A stretch of 64,000 nucleotides of DNA, taken from Emiliania huxleyi CCMP1516 (lineage: Eukaryota). The position numbers and the translations under genes are program-made. The notes beneath the pieces are model-generated. The model did not search any database. It saw only the letters and a program-made list of their open reading frames with translations, and had not been told where the DNA came from. Of this stretch, positions 24,681 to 36,410 are shown piece by piece. Location: the NCBI RefSeq assembly GCF_000372725.1, contig NW_005201287.1:124001-188000 (forward strand), read 5' to 3'. Position 1 is the first letter of the stretch; each line of letters begins with the position of its first letter.

Positions 24681-25932
24681 AAATGTCCACAGAGAGTATA
24701 CTGGTTGTGCTCAGGTTGTGCTACATCAACACGTGTTTGTTATGACCCCCCCCAATGAACACACCACAGTGAGGGAGGGCGAGACGATCGAGGGGTCCCG
24801 TACCATGCGGAATCGACCCTATCCAGCGCTCAAGTGCTCAAGGCTCGGACTGGAGACCAACGCGAATGGGCGGACACGAGAAGGACTGTCTCGCTTAGTG
24901 TGGGTAAACGAAAGTAGTACCGTATACGGTACTATCAGAGAAAAGGCCGAAAAAGACGCCGGCGGCCGTCCACGACGAGCCAGCCAGCTGCCGGCTCGCA
25001 CGGCAGCCTCTCCCTCTCGACCAGCCTCAACTTCCATACAGTCAACATTTTGTCGCTGCGTGCTCGTGGTGAGCTGTGGCGGCGGTCGAAGTTCGCCCAG
25101 ATTCGGTGACGAGCGCCAGACGATAGTACCGCCTCTGTTCGCCCTGTGCATGTCAGGCCAGGCTGCAGCAGGGCACTACCATCGTGCTGCGCTGTTGCAG
25201 CCTGACTTTGCCCACTGTGCACAGTCGCCAGAGCACCACCACCGCCCGGCATCGTGTCACGGCGAGCTCCTTCTGCGCCCGCTCGCGAGGCTCTCGCGCG
25301 GGTACACTTTGGCCATCTGCTGCTCGCGTTCGGCGAGCTCATCTCCGCACTCCTGCCACGGTGCCGTCACCACACACCTTCTGGCCGGCCTGAGCCGCGC
25401 GGGGTCGCCGGCGGTGGCAACGCGTCGACCTCTCTCTCTGGTGCACCACGGGCCGCAACGGCCTGCTAGCAGCGTGTGCGAGGAGGCAGTGTGCCGGCCG
25501 GCACAGTCGAGCCGGAGCATCGGGTTCTTGATGCTTCTGGGGTCAAGTCTGACCTTATGCGGCCTAATATGCAACAATAAGGCTATGCTCTCACAGCCTT
25601 TTGAGATATGATCATTAAAGTCGAATTCTCGTTTACTGGTGACCATAGTACCGTTTGTCTTGTTTGCGTTTCTTCAAACGAATCCTTTAAAGTCTCGACA
25701 ATCACTAAGCTGCTTATGTGGCACCGCAGAGGCTCCCTTGGGGATGCCTGAGGCCACCCCAACCACTCACTAAGCCGTACGTGGACGAATTAAAATCTAC
25801 GTTTTTCGTTTACCCACACTAAGCGAGTACCGGCTAGAGCTCTATGAAGCCCGCGCTACCCGATTCATCTTGAGCGCGAAATCACTCTCGCGCAGCGGTT
25901 GGCTCCTCCCGCGCCGCGCTCCTCCGCTTGGA

Positions 25933-28900
25933 ATGGACCGCTTCCTCAAGAAATCGCCTGGCGGCGCCGCTGCGACGCCGCCGAGCCAGAGCTCCGGGCC
26001 CGGCAACAAGCGCGTCCTCGCCAGCTCGGACAGCGACGAGGTGCCGTCCTCAAAAAAGCGAACGCCGTCCGCCCTCAGCTCCGGGCAGCCGTCGCAGTCT
26101 CGGGTGCAGCCTGCGCTCACGCACGACGCGCCGGCGGTGCCGATGGCGGCGCTCGGCGAGCAGGCGCGCCAGGTCAGCGACCTCGGCTTCCTGCGCGACA
26201 AGCGGGACGCGCAGGGCCGTCGCGAGGGCGATCCGAACTTTGACCCGACGACGATGCTGGTCAAGCTGGCCAAGGGGGAGAAGCTGACGCCGGCGATGGA
26301 GCAGTACTGGAACATCAAGAAGGACCACGCCGACATGGTCATCTTCTTCAAGATGGGCAAGTTCTACGAGCTCTTCGAGGAGGACGCGCTGCTCGGTGCA
26401 GAGAGACGCACAGAGACGCACACCACCCAAGACGCGTCCCCGACGCGTCCCCGAGAAGAGAAGAGGCACCCCCCGCCGCCCCCCCCCCCCCCCCGCGAGA
26501 GGCCGGCAGACCGCGCCCTCGCCCACCGCCAGGCCACCGCGAGCTCGACCTCGCCTTCATGGGAAAGGATGCGCCCCACTGCGGCTTTCCCGAGGCGGCT
26601 CTGCCAAAGTATGCCGAGAAGCTGGTGGCGCTCGGGCACAAGGTTGGGGTGGTGGAGCAGATGGAGACGCCCGCGCAGCTCGAGGAGCGGAACAAGAAGC
26701 GCAAGGAGGCCGGCCAAAGGGTCGACAAGGCCGTCCGGCGCGAGATCTGCTCCGTGCTCACGCAGGGCACGGCGCCGCCGCAGGGCGCGCAAGCAAAGTA
26801 CGTGCTGTTCGTGTGCGAGGACCTGCCCTCGAAGACGCTCGGCGTGTGCTTCGTCGACGTCGCCACCGGCTGCGTCTCCCTCGGCCAGTGCCCCGAAGAG
26901 GATGGCTGCCAGAAGCTGCGCACCCTCGTCGCGCAGCTGCAGCCCGCAGAGGCTCGCCTCCTAGACTCTCTCCCAGACGCCTCCTACACACCTCCTGCAC
27001 ACCTCCTACACACCTCCCACACACCTCCTGCCTACACACCTCCTACGCACCTCCTGCACACCTCCTGCACACCTCCTGCACACCTCCTAGACTCTCTCCC
27101 AGACGCCTCCTAGACTCTCTCCCAGACGCCTCCTACACACCTCCTACACACCTCCTGCACACCTCCTACACACCTCCTGCCTACACACCTCCTACACACC
27201 TCCTGCACACCTCCTACACACCTCCTGCACACCTCCTGCACACCTCCTGCACACCTCCTGCACACCTCCTGCACACCTCCTACACACCTCCTACACACCT
27301 CCTACACACCTCCTGCACACCTCCTACACACCTCCTGCCTACACACCTCCTACACACCTCCTGCACACCTCCTGCACACCTCCTGCACACCTCCTGCACA
27401 CCTCCTGCACACCTCCTACACACCTCCTACACACCTCCTGCACACCTCCTACACACCTCCTGCCTACACACCTCCTACACACCTCCTGCACACCTCCTAC
27501 ACACCTCCTGCACACCTCCTGCACACCTCCTGCACACCTCCTGCACACCTCCTGCACACCTCCTAGACGCCTCCTAGACGCCCCTAGACGCCCCCTAGAC
27601 GCCCCCTAGACACTTCCTAGACAGCTGCAGCCCGCAGAGGACGCTCCTCGACGGCGAGCACGCGCACACGTGCACCCGCCGCTCACCTTGGAGCATGAGC
27701 TCTGGGTGAGGGGTCGAGTAGGCGATCCTCGACGGCGAGTCGACCAGCCGCGAGGCGCGCGCGCTGCTGCAGCAGGCCGTCGCCTCCACCGCGGTCCTCG
27801 GGGACGGGCGGTACGGCGGCGCGGCCTTCGCGCGCAAGGCTCTCGACGAGGGCGGGTACTTTGGCGGCGGCGCGGCGGGCGGCGCGGGCGGCGGCGCGGC
27901 GGGAGAGTGGCCAGCGGCGCTCCAGGCGGCGGCGGCCTTCTCGCTGTCTCGGAGGTACGAGAGCAGGCTGAGCTCATGCCTCCCGGTCAGCCTGCAGGCG
28001 GCGGCGGCGCTCTCCCCTCCCGTCGCGTTCGGCGCGTTTGGCGGCTGCCTGCGCTACCTCCAGCGCACACTGCTCGACAGGCAGCTGCTGCCGCGCGCGG
28101 AGTTCGCGCAGTGGTTCCCGACAGACGGGGAGGGGGGCGAGGGGGCGGCGACCCTCGTGGTCGACGGCAAGACGCTGCAAAACCTCGAGGTGTTCGCAAA
28201 CTCGACCGACGGAGGCACTAAGGGCACGCTCTTCGCGGCGATCGACCGCACCTGCACCCCATTTGGCAAGCGCGAGCTACGCCGGTGGGTGTGCGCGCCG
28301 CCGCAGCGCGTGGAAGACGTCGTCGAGCGGCAGGAGAGACACTTCCTAGACACTTCCTAGACACTTCCTAGACACTTCCTAGACACTTTCTAGACACTTC
28401 CTAGACACTTCCTAGACACTTTCTAGACACTTTCCAGACGTCGTCGAGCGGCAGGAGAGCGCCCCCCGTCCCCCCTTCCCNNNNNNNNNNNNNNNNNNNN
28501 NNNNNNNNNNNNNNNNNNNNNNNNNNNNNNNNNNNNNNNNNNNNNNNNNNNNNNNNNNNNNNNNNNNNNNNNNNNNNNNNNNNNNNNNNNNNNNNNNNNN
28601 NNNNNNNNNNNNNNNNNNNNNNNNNNNNNNNNNNNNNNNNNNNNNNNNNNNNNNNNNNNNNNNNNNNNNNNNNNNNNNNNNNNNNNNNNNNNNNNNNNNN
28701 NNNNNNNNNNNNNNNNNNNNNNNNNNNNNNNNNNNNNNNNNNNNNNNNNNNNNNNNNNNNNNNNNNNNNNNNNNNNNNNNNNNNNNNNNNNNNNNNNNNN
28801 NNNNNNNNNNNNNNNNNNNNNNNNNNNNNNNNNNNNNNNNNNNNNNNNNNNNNNNNNNNNNNNNNNNNNNNNNNNNNNNNNNNNNNNNNNNNNNNNNNNN

Positions 28901-30609
28901 NNNNNNNNNNNNNNNNNNNNNNNNNNNNNNNNNNNNNNNNNNNNNNNNNNNNNNNCATTTGGCGGGCAACAGCGATCAGAGTCGAGAATCGTCCATTCTG
29001 TGAAGGGCGGTTAGGGTGAACTAGGCAGCGGGGCGGCGCAGTGGGGGGAATGCGCCACGAGACAGGGCGGCGCGCGGCAGGCAGGAAGCCCGCCGGAGGG
29101 GGGGGAGGGACTCGCCAACGGCCCTTCTCTCGTATACCCTCTCGGAGCCTCCCCGGAAGCGTCTAGGCGGGGAGGGTGGTGCCCAAGGAGCGCGCCAACG
29201 ACGAGTACGACGCGGCGAGGCGGCGGCTGCTCGAGGTGGACGCCGGCCTGCAGCAGGAGCTGTCCCGCTGGCGGCGCGAGCTGCGCGACTCGTCCATCGA
29301 GCTGTGGACGCCCTCCGTCGCCAACGGGCAGACGACGGAGCCCTTCCAGCTGGCGGTGGCCGAGAAGACGCTGCAGAAGCAGGGCACACCCGAGGAGCGT
29401 GCGCGCATTCGATGCCGTCTAGCCTTCCCGGCACCTTCCCGGCACCCTTCCGGGACCCTTCTAGGAGTTTGCGCAGCAGATGTCGTCCAAGAAGGGGACC
29501 AAGCGCTTCTGGACGGCCGAGCTGCGTGAGCTCGCGGGAGAGCATCTCGAGGCGAAGGCGGCGGAGGAGGCCGCCCTCGCCGCCGCCGCCAAGCAGCTCT
29601 TCGCGCGCTTCTCCGCGCAGTACGCCATCTGGCGCAACGCTGTCTCGTGCGCCGCCGAGCTCGACTGCCTCCTCTCACTCGCTCGCGCGAGTAGCGCCGC
29701 CGGGATGTGCCGCCCAGCCTTCGTCGCGGAGGCGGAGCCCTTCCTTCACATCCAGCAAGGCGTCAACCTGTGCGTGCAGTCGGCGCTGTCCGACGGGCAG
29801 TGCATCCCCAACGACATCCGGATGGGGCCAGCGCCAGACGGGGCCGGCGGCGGCGGCGAGGGCGACGCGGCGCGCTTTCTGCTGGTGACGGGGCCGAACA
29901 TGGGCGGCAAGTCGACGGTGCTGCGGCAGGCGTGTCTGACGGTGCTGATGGCGCACCTCGGCTGCTGGGTGGCGGCGGAGGCGTGCTCGCTCTCGCCCGT
30001 CGACCGCATCTTCACGCGGGTCGGCGCGAACGACGCCATCATGGCCGGCCTCTCCACCTTCCGCGTCGAGCTCGAGGAGACCTCGCTCATCCTCAAGCAC
30101 GCCACCGCGCGCTCGCTCGTGATCCTCGACGAGCTCGGCCGAGGCACCGCCACCTTCGACGGCATGGCCATCGCCCACGGCACCCTCCGCCACCTCGCCC
30201 TCGAGACGCGCTGCCGCTGCCTCTTCGCGACGCACTACCACGCCCTCTCGCGCGAGTTTGAGCGCGCCAACCCGCACGTCGCGCTCTTCCACATGGCGTG
30301 CGCCGTCGACGAGGGGAGCCGCGCGGTCACCTTCCTCTACCGCTTCCAGCCCGGCGCCTGCAACCGATCGCACGGCGCCCTTTCCCCTCGCCGCCGCCGG
30401 CTGCCCGCGCCGCCTCGCGATGACGGGGGCGCCTCTTCACAGCGGCCGTGACGTGAGCAGGCATCCACGTCGCCAAGCTCGCCGGCCTCGCGCCGCCCGT
30501 CCTCGAGGAGGCGGCCGCCGCCTCGCAGGCGCTCGAGGACGAGGTCGAGGAGCGGCGGCTGCTCGAGAGCCTGCGGCAGGTGCTGCGCGCGCGGGGCGAC
30601 GCTGCCTAA
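25933..30609 (+). CDS. MSH6: DNA mismatch repair protein MSH6, multi-exon, spanning an assembly gap
   Basis: RDAQGRREGDPNFDPTT, QYWNIKKDHADMVIFFKMGKFYELF, HCGFPE, VDGKTLQNLEVF, CTPFGKR, VTGPNMGGKSTVLRQ, DRIFTRVGA, ILDELGRGTATFDG, FATHYH. Confidence 0.95.
26957..27621. repeat. 11-bp minisatellite (ACACCTCCTRC / AGACGCCTCCT)n in an MSH6 intron
   Basis: Dozens of tandem copies are visible. Confidence 0.95.
28337..28437. repeat. 11-bp minisatellite (AGACACTTCCT)n in an MSH6 intron
   Basis: About 9 tandem copies. Confidence 0.95.
28481..28955. other. Assembly gap (N run)
   Basis: Continuous Ns. Confidence 1.
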
Positions 30610-31087
30610 GGGCGAGAAGATGGCGCGCTGCCCCTCTCGCCTGCGCCTCTGCACGTCGGAGCGCCTGGTCGCGACGCGGGCGGTCGCTTTTCTCGCAGAG
30701 GAGGCGCTGGGAGCGCCAGCTTCTAGCTCTGGCGGAGAGAGAGAGAGTCACCATGGCTCGTGCCTCGTAGCGCTTAGCGGCGCGTCGAGTGTTGTCCACG
30801 GTCCTAGTAGCCGGGGTTTGCCCCTGCGACTCTTCCTGGATCCTGCGCATTGCTTCGTAGTTCGTTTCATAAGAATGCGGGGCACCCGTCGCTATGACCT
30901 ATGTGTTGCCTGCCGCACCGCCCAGGACTGAGCCATGCGATGTCGTAAAGCCTGTCGAGGCCTGGCCCGATAAGCGATATGTTCCAAAAGCATGTTTACA
31001 CTACCCGATCCCGTCGGGGTCGGGGTCGGCAAACCTCGAAATGTGCACCTTGGATGGCTGCGCTCCCTGTTTCACAGCCATCAGTGA

Positions 31088-31166
31088 TAAGGATGGCTGG
31101 CACGCCTAGATCTCAGCCATACACTCCTACCCGATGGCTGAGATCTAGGCGTGCCATCCATCCTTA
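31088..31166. repeat. Hairpin with a ~33-bp stem
   Basis: TAAGGATGGCTGGCACGCCTAGATCTCAGCCAT ... ATGGCTGAGATCTAGGCGTGCCATCCATCCTTA, one mismatch. Confidence 0.9.
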
Positions 31167-32505
31167 CTTACTTATCACGGACTAGCAGGTTGGCTCGCTA
31201 GTCGCTCGCCGGCCCGCGCAGCACGCGCGGGCCTTTTTTGTGGTCGGATGTTGGTCGTCTCGAATTTGATCGTGGGCAGGGCGTGAGAAAGCTGGACGGC
31301 TCGGTCGATGCGAGCCACCAGCTCGTGAGCGACGGGCGCGACGGGTTCCTCGGCGTAGGCTTGGGCGTGGTGAGCAGCGCCGGCGAGAGAGGGACGGCAT
31401 GCGGCTCCCAAACGAGCCGCACGGGCTTCATCTGGGCCGCCGAGGCCACCTCCTTGGTCGCGGTGGCGGGCGTGAAGGCGAGGTGGGCCGAGGCAAGCGC
31501 TGAACGTGCCGTGCCGCCTTGCGCCCCTGAGGAGGGACGAGTGTGTGGGGTGCCACGGGCGGGGGGGAGCGGTGAGAGGAGAGCGGTGGGCACCCCCACG
31601 AGGGGCTGCGCGGACGCCGCCTGCCACCCCACGCACGCCACTGACGCTGTGGGGGCGGCACGATCGAACGCGCTGGTCGGGCGGGCCGTCTGAGTCGCCC
31701 AAGCGGTGCTCTGCCGGCCGGTGGACGCGAGGGTGGCCCAAGAGGGCTCAAAGTACGGAGCCGATACCCGGCCGTCCCGGACGCCTGGCACGCGGGCCAA
31801 TGGTCCAGCGTCCTGTGCATGGCTGGAGCGAAGGAGGGAGAGCTCAGGAGGGCGACGGGGCAGGGAAGGGGGCGATGCGATGCGGCGAGGTCTAATCGGC
31901 GGCGTGGAGAGAGGAGGTGCCAAAAGGCGACTATAGAGAGGCCTCTACGGGTGATATAGTGCGCCATGCCGGCGGGAGAGGTCTCTCACCGCCCCCCGGG
32001 CCGTCTCGAAGGGCCGTGCAGCCCACGCCACGAGGCGCTGCTGGCGGGAGCCTGGAAGGACTTGGCCTCGTTGCACCGCGCCGCGTTGATTCGCGATCAC
32101 CGTCGGCCGCGGACGGCGTCGGCGTGGCGGCCGCGGGCGCTCGCGAGACGCGCCGCTCTGCGCTGGTTCGGTTCGTTCGACTCGTTGTGCCGCCGTACGC
32201 CCGGCGGCCGCGGGTCCCAGAAGTGGTTGCGCGGGCCTCTTCCTTTCGGCCGCGGGACGGCGTCGGGCACGTCGTCGGTCGCAACAGCGGCGCGGCGAGC
32301 CGCGGCACGTCGTTGCTGGCGCTGGTGGTTTGAGGTCGGCATCGTCCAGAGCTCGGTCGACGAGTCGAGAGCTTCAGCTGGTCGGGTGCCATGTTTGTGC
32401 GGAAAGTGGCAAATATATCTCTTTGATGTGGCTGCAATTAATTGCAGGATCATAGCCACTCCGCCCTGCAAGCACGCGCCATTTTGGCTGCCTTCCAGCC
32501 AGTGC

Positions 32506-32608
32506 AGCCATCCTCCGGCCGATGGCTGCGATGGCTGTGCCCCGGCCATCCGCCCGGCCGCATGATGGCTTCATACAGCCGTCGCAGCCATCGGCCGGAG
32601 GATGGCTG
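32506..32608. repeat. Inverted repeat with a 27-bp perfect stem in a CAGCCAT/ATGGCTG-rich tract
   Basis: CAGCCATCCTCCGGCCGATGGCTGCGA ... TCGCAGCCATCGGCCGGAGGATGGCTG. Confidence 0.9.
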
Positions 32609-33259
32609 AGCTTACTAAATCCTGACCAAGCGTTCCAACGCGATGGCTGAGAGATAACGACGCCAGCCATCCAGAACAAGGGTGTGGTGGCTCGCGGAGC
32701 GAGAGTGGAGCCACCTGGGCTCGTGTCGGGGTCGAGTGTCGGGCGGCGAGAAGGCTGGGTCGAATTCGAAATCACCCCGTTTTCGCCCATTTTCGGTCAT
32801 CCGTCAAAATATCTGAAGATCTCAATGGGGGATTCTCCCCAAACCTTGCTCAGCTGATCCAGCATGGGTCGTAGGCCAGGCCTGGGCAAAGAAACCAGCA
32901 CCTCATCAGGCTTCCCTGAGCGTCACAGCTCGGTGATCGCGCCGGCCGGACACCACTGTGACGTCCGTTCCGGGCATTTGAACGCGACCTTCGGGGGCAA
33001 AGACATGGGCTCTATGGCTCAGACTGGACTCCTCTTGGTCCCTTCTGATGCCCTAGGCCACACCTGGGCCTTACCTGGGGTTCTAGGGGCCGGGCGGGGT
33101 TTGCCACCCTAAAGGGGCCCGGAGGACCTTAAGAACGGTCTTTAAAAGAGGGACCCCCCCCGTCCCTGCAATCTCTTCAATGGCAAGTTAAGCCCCCATA
33201 CCTCAGGGACAGATCCGTGAAGTCTTCGCGAACATGTCAAAGGCCTAAGGAGCTCTCGT

Positions 33260-33743
33260 CTAGGCCGAAGGCGAGGCTCCCTCGCCAGTTGAGGATGGAC
33301 CGCCCACGTGGTTCGACGACTTCAACGACAACTTCAGAGTCGGCGAGCAGCAATCGGTACTCAGAGCGAAAGAGCCATACGGTGATAGGTACCGCCGCCG
33401 AGCCCACAACCAATGCGACTCCGGACAGCTTGTTCCAAATGCCGCCAATAGACCATACGAGAGTATGGCACAAGCAATGATGAGCGATACTACGCCGAAC
33501 CAGAGCGCGTGGCGCGCAGCTGTGCGCAGCGGAGTGAACTTCCGCACCGTCATCGATAGCGCACTGAATCGCGCGTTTTGTGCCGCCGAATTGTTCTGGC
33601 GCGTGCTTCTCCCAACAACCATGTGGATGTAGTACACTTCGAGAAGCGCAAAAGTGGTCGAGAAGAGGGAGAGCGCGGCAGACACGGCCAGCAAGAACTT
33701 GACCACATCGGGACCGGGCACCCAATCGACAAACAGGATTGCA
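33260..33743 (-). pseudogene. 5'-truncated membrane-protein gene fragment
   Basis: Hydrophobic ORF (FLLAVSAALSLFSTTFALLEVYY) begins abruptly at the repeat-C junction. Confidence 0.4.
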
Positions 33744-33792
33744 CTAGGCACGGGACTGGCGCGCACTGGCAGGCACTAACACAGGTACACCA
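33744..33792 (-). repeat. Repeat family C terminal motif ending CTAG|T (copies at 35982-36026; partial at 1112-1140, ~38156-38181, ~61708-61755)
   Basis: CTAGGCACGGGACTGGCGCGCACTGGC..ACTAACACAGGTACACCA is shared between copies. Confidence 0.8.
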
Positions 33793-33879
33793 GAATTCTA
33801 ATACATGCGCCTCTCACACCAGACTGGCAAAAGAAAAAACGGACACAGTGATCTGTGATCTGTGAGGGCGCAGGCGCAT

Positions 33880-34068
33880 TTTGTATACCGACTGCCCACA
33901 GTCTCCCCACAGTCCTTTATCCTTCCCAAACTGTCACTCCCCTTTCTCCCGGCCGGGCGGGGCGGGCGCGCGCGGGGGCGGCGGGTGTGCGGGATGTCTG
34001 TGGGCCCGCGAGCGATGTGCGTGTGTCCGCCTTGCGTTTGTTTCATAACATCGAAGGCTAGCTCAAAG
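33880..34068 (-). repeat. Dispersed repeat family A, copy 2
   Basis: CCTTGCGTTTGTTTCATAACATCGAAGGCTAGCTCAAA is the reverse complement of the family A head. Confidence 0.85.
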
Positions 34069-35220
34069 AAAAGGCGATACCCTGATACCCTTCCTCGATT
34101 GTACTAACTAGGCGAAACACCCGAATCCAACGACCCCGCTCGGCTGTGTAACCCTACTCGCCCATGTCTGCTGGTCCCCGCTGAACTGGCACCTCGGCAG
34201 GAAGGCGCCCTTGGCGTCGCTCTGCCCCAGGGTGTAGCTGGCCACTGCTGCTGCACCGTTGTACACGGTAGCCCAATTCAAGAAAGACGTGTGGTCCCTT
34301 ACGTGCTGAGCACCTGGAGCGAGAACGAGCATTGCGTCGCTGTTGATCTGGACCTCGTCAACGACGACGGCGATGGGAGCCAGCGCAGCTGGCGGAGCCT
34401 GCTGCTGCGCCATCTCCACTTGTCCTCTCCTCTCCTCCCACCTCACAGAAAACTGCGGCCGCCAGCGACTGAGCGTCTCGCTGGCGGACGGGGAGAGGAA
34501 CACAAAGGGACGTCCGGACGTCCATCCACTGGGATGAGAATACTGGAGATCTGAGGTCGAATCTGCCGATTCCACAGCCGCCCACAGGAGCGCCGCCTCA
34601 ACACGGGGTCTCGGCTCTATCGAGCCATGCTAGCTCCAGCCGCAGCCCCACCCGGCCGCCCGAGGGTGTTCCCGCAGGCAGAGAAGACCAATCCTGGGGG
34701 AAGTAACCGAGTGGCGCTCTTCTTCTCCCCCTCGTTCTTTGCTGGACTGGCTGCGGGACTTCCCGAGACGACATGCTACATCTCGTTTCTTAAAAGGTCT
34801 TAAAAAATCCGGCCCTCAGAAACCAGGGGTCCCCCGCTAAGGGCAAAGGGGTGTGTTCCTATCAGTATCTCGTAGAGTTCTCTCGCAACTTCTTGCGCGC
34901 GCCGAGAGCCCCGCACGCACTCTCGCTTGCCGCTTTTTTCTCGCTCCAGCCCTCCGGCCTTACATAGCGGACCGGAGGGCTACGAGGCCTTCACACTGCA
35001 AACGGGGACTGACGTCTTGCACGGCTCTAGCGCCTCAAGACTCGCCACCGCGACGCGCACACCCACTCGATTGACGAACACAACACCGGGTGCGAGACCA
35101 CGAGAACACACACACACAACCACCACACCGTGCCCTGCTGAACGCGCCGGGAGAGTGAGCCAGCGCCAACCGCCAGAGCGACCCGACCCGGTCCGGCGGC
35201 GCCTCTTCCCACCGGCCGCC

Positions 35221-35981
35221 TCAGACCAAGACGCCGTCGTCCGACTTGCTTCCGCTCCCCGAGTCGTCGCGTTCGAGCGGCGGCGCGTCGCTCCTCGCCG
35301 ACGCATCGGCGGCCTCCTCGGCCTCGCCTGCGGCCGCCGCCTCCGCCGCCTCGCCCTGCCCCTCCGCCGTGGCCTCGGCGGCGGCGGCGGCGGCGGCCCT
35401 TTGCGCAGCGCGGCAGGCGGGCTTGTGCACCTTCCAGTGCTCCTTTTGGCACGCCTCGCTGCAGTAGTGCACCTCGCGGCACCCCTTGCACCGCATCAGC
35501 CCCACACGGCCGTCGCTCCCGCACACCGCGCACCGAGGCACCTCCTCCTCCTCCTCCTCCTCCTCGCCGCCACCGCCGCCGCCGCCGGGCTCTGCTGCTG
35601 CAGGCGGCTCCGCCAGTGCCTGAGCGGGCGCGCTCGCGTCCGCGGCCCCGTCGCCGCGGATGAGGTACACGTACGCTGCGGCGACGAGGCCGGCGGCGGC
35701 GGCGCCGGCCAGCGCCACCAGCGGCGCCGGCAGGCCTTGCGACGCTGGTGGTTTCGGCTTCTTTGCGGCAACCTTGAGCAGCAGGCGGCGCGCCGCCTCG
35801 CGCGACGCCTCCTTGGTCTGGAGCGACATGGTGCGGTCGTCGCGGCGCGCGCTGGGCTGGTGCGGGCTCGAAGGGACGGGCGGAGAGTGGAAGCCGGCGA
35901 CTTCCGCTTGTTCTCGCACGTGCCGGCCCGCCAGCAGCGTGCGCACAAGAATTTTGCAAGCGCGGACTCCCTCGCACGACA
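35221..35981 (-). pseudogene. MYND zinc-finger gene fragment with a TM helix, 5'-truncated
   Basis: CAVCG...RCKGCREVHYCSEACQKEHWKVHKPAC. The ORF starts at the repeat-C junction. Confidence 0.7.
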
Positions 35982-36054
35982 CTAGGCACGGGACTGGCGC
36001 GCACTGGCACTAACACAGGTACACCACAGAAAGAATTTTCTCACCTGTGGGCAC

Positions 36055-36410
36055 GGGGCAGTTCAGAGGGCCTGAGGGACTGGGAGAGAGGCGGTCTCCT
36101 AGAGGCGATTGCGTACTATAGATCGAAGCTAGAGGCGGTGGTCTTCATGTGGGTGCCAGCACACGTGGGAATAGCCTGCAACGCGTACGCCGACGCGGTG
36201 GCGACAGCAACCTCGGAAATAACGACACGGAGGACGCGGACGCCTCAAAAGTGGTGCGGGACGCGGTGCGAACCCGGCCATGCATGTACACGGTGCGAAG
36301 GGAGGCGGCAGAGGACACAGAGAAGAGGGAGATAGTGGACCGTCGGACGTACGGGCACATGTGTCGGAGCGCGCACGAGTGGGTGTGCGAACAATTCCGA
36401 AAGACAGTGA
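36055..36410 (+). mobile_element. Non-LTR retrotransposon RNase H fragment
   Basis: LLEAIAYYRSKLEAVVFMWVPAHVGIACNAYADAVA fits the RNase H C-terminal motif WVPxHxGIxxNxxAD. A frameshift follows. Confidence 0.7.

Noticed and set aside
26957..27621. Possible CRISPR array or telomeric repeat
   Set aside because: No unique spacers and no cas genes; it is an intronic 11-mer minisatellite in a eukaryotic gene.
32890..32912. CTGATGAG on the minus strand as a hammerhead ribozyme core
   Set aside because: No stem II followed by GAAA on the same strand.
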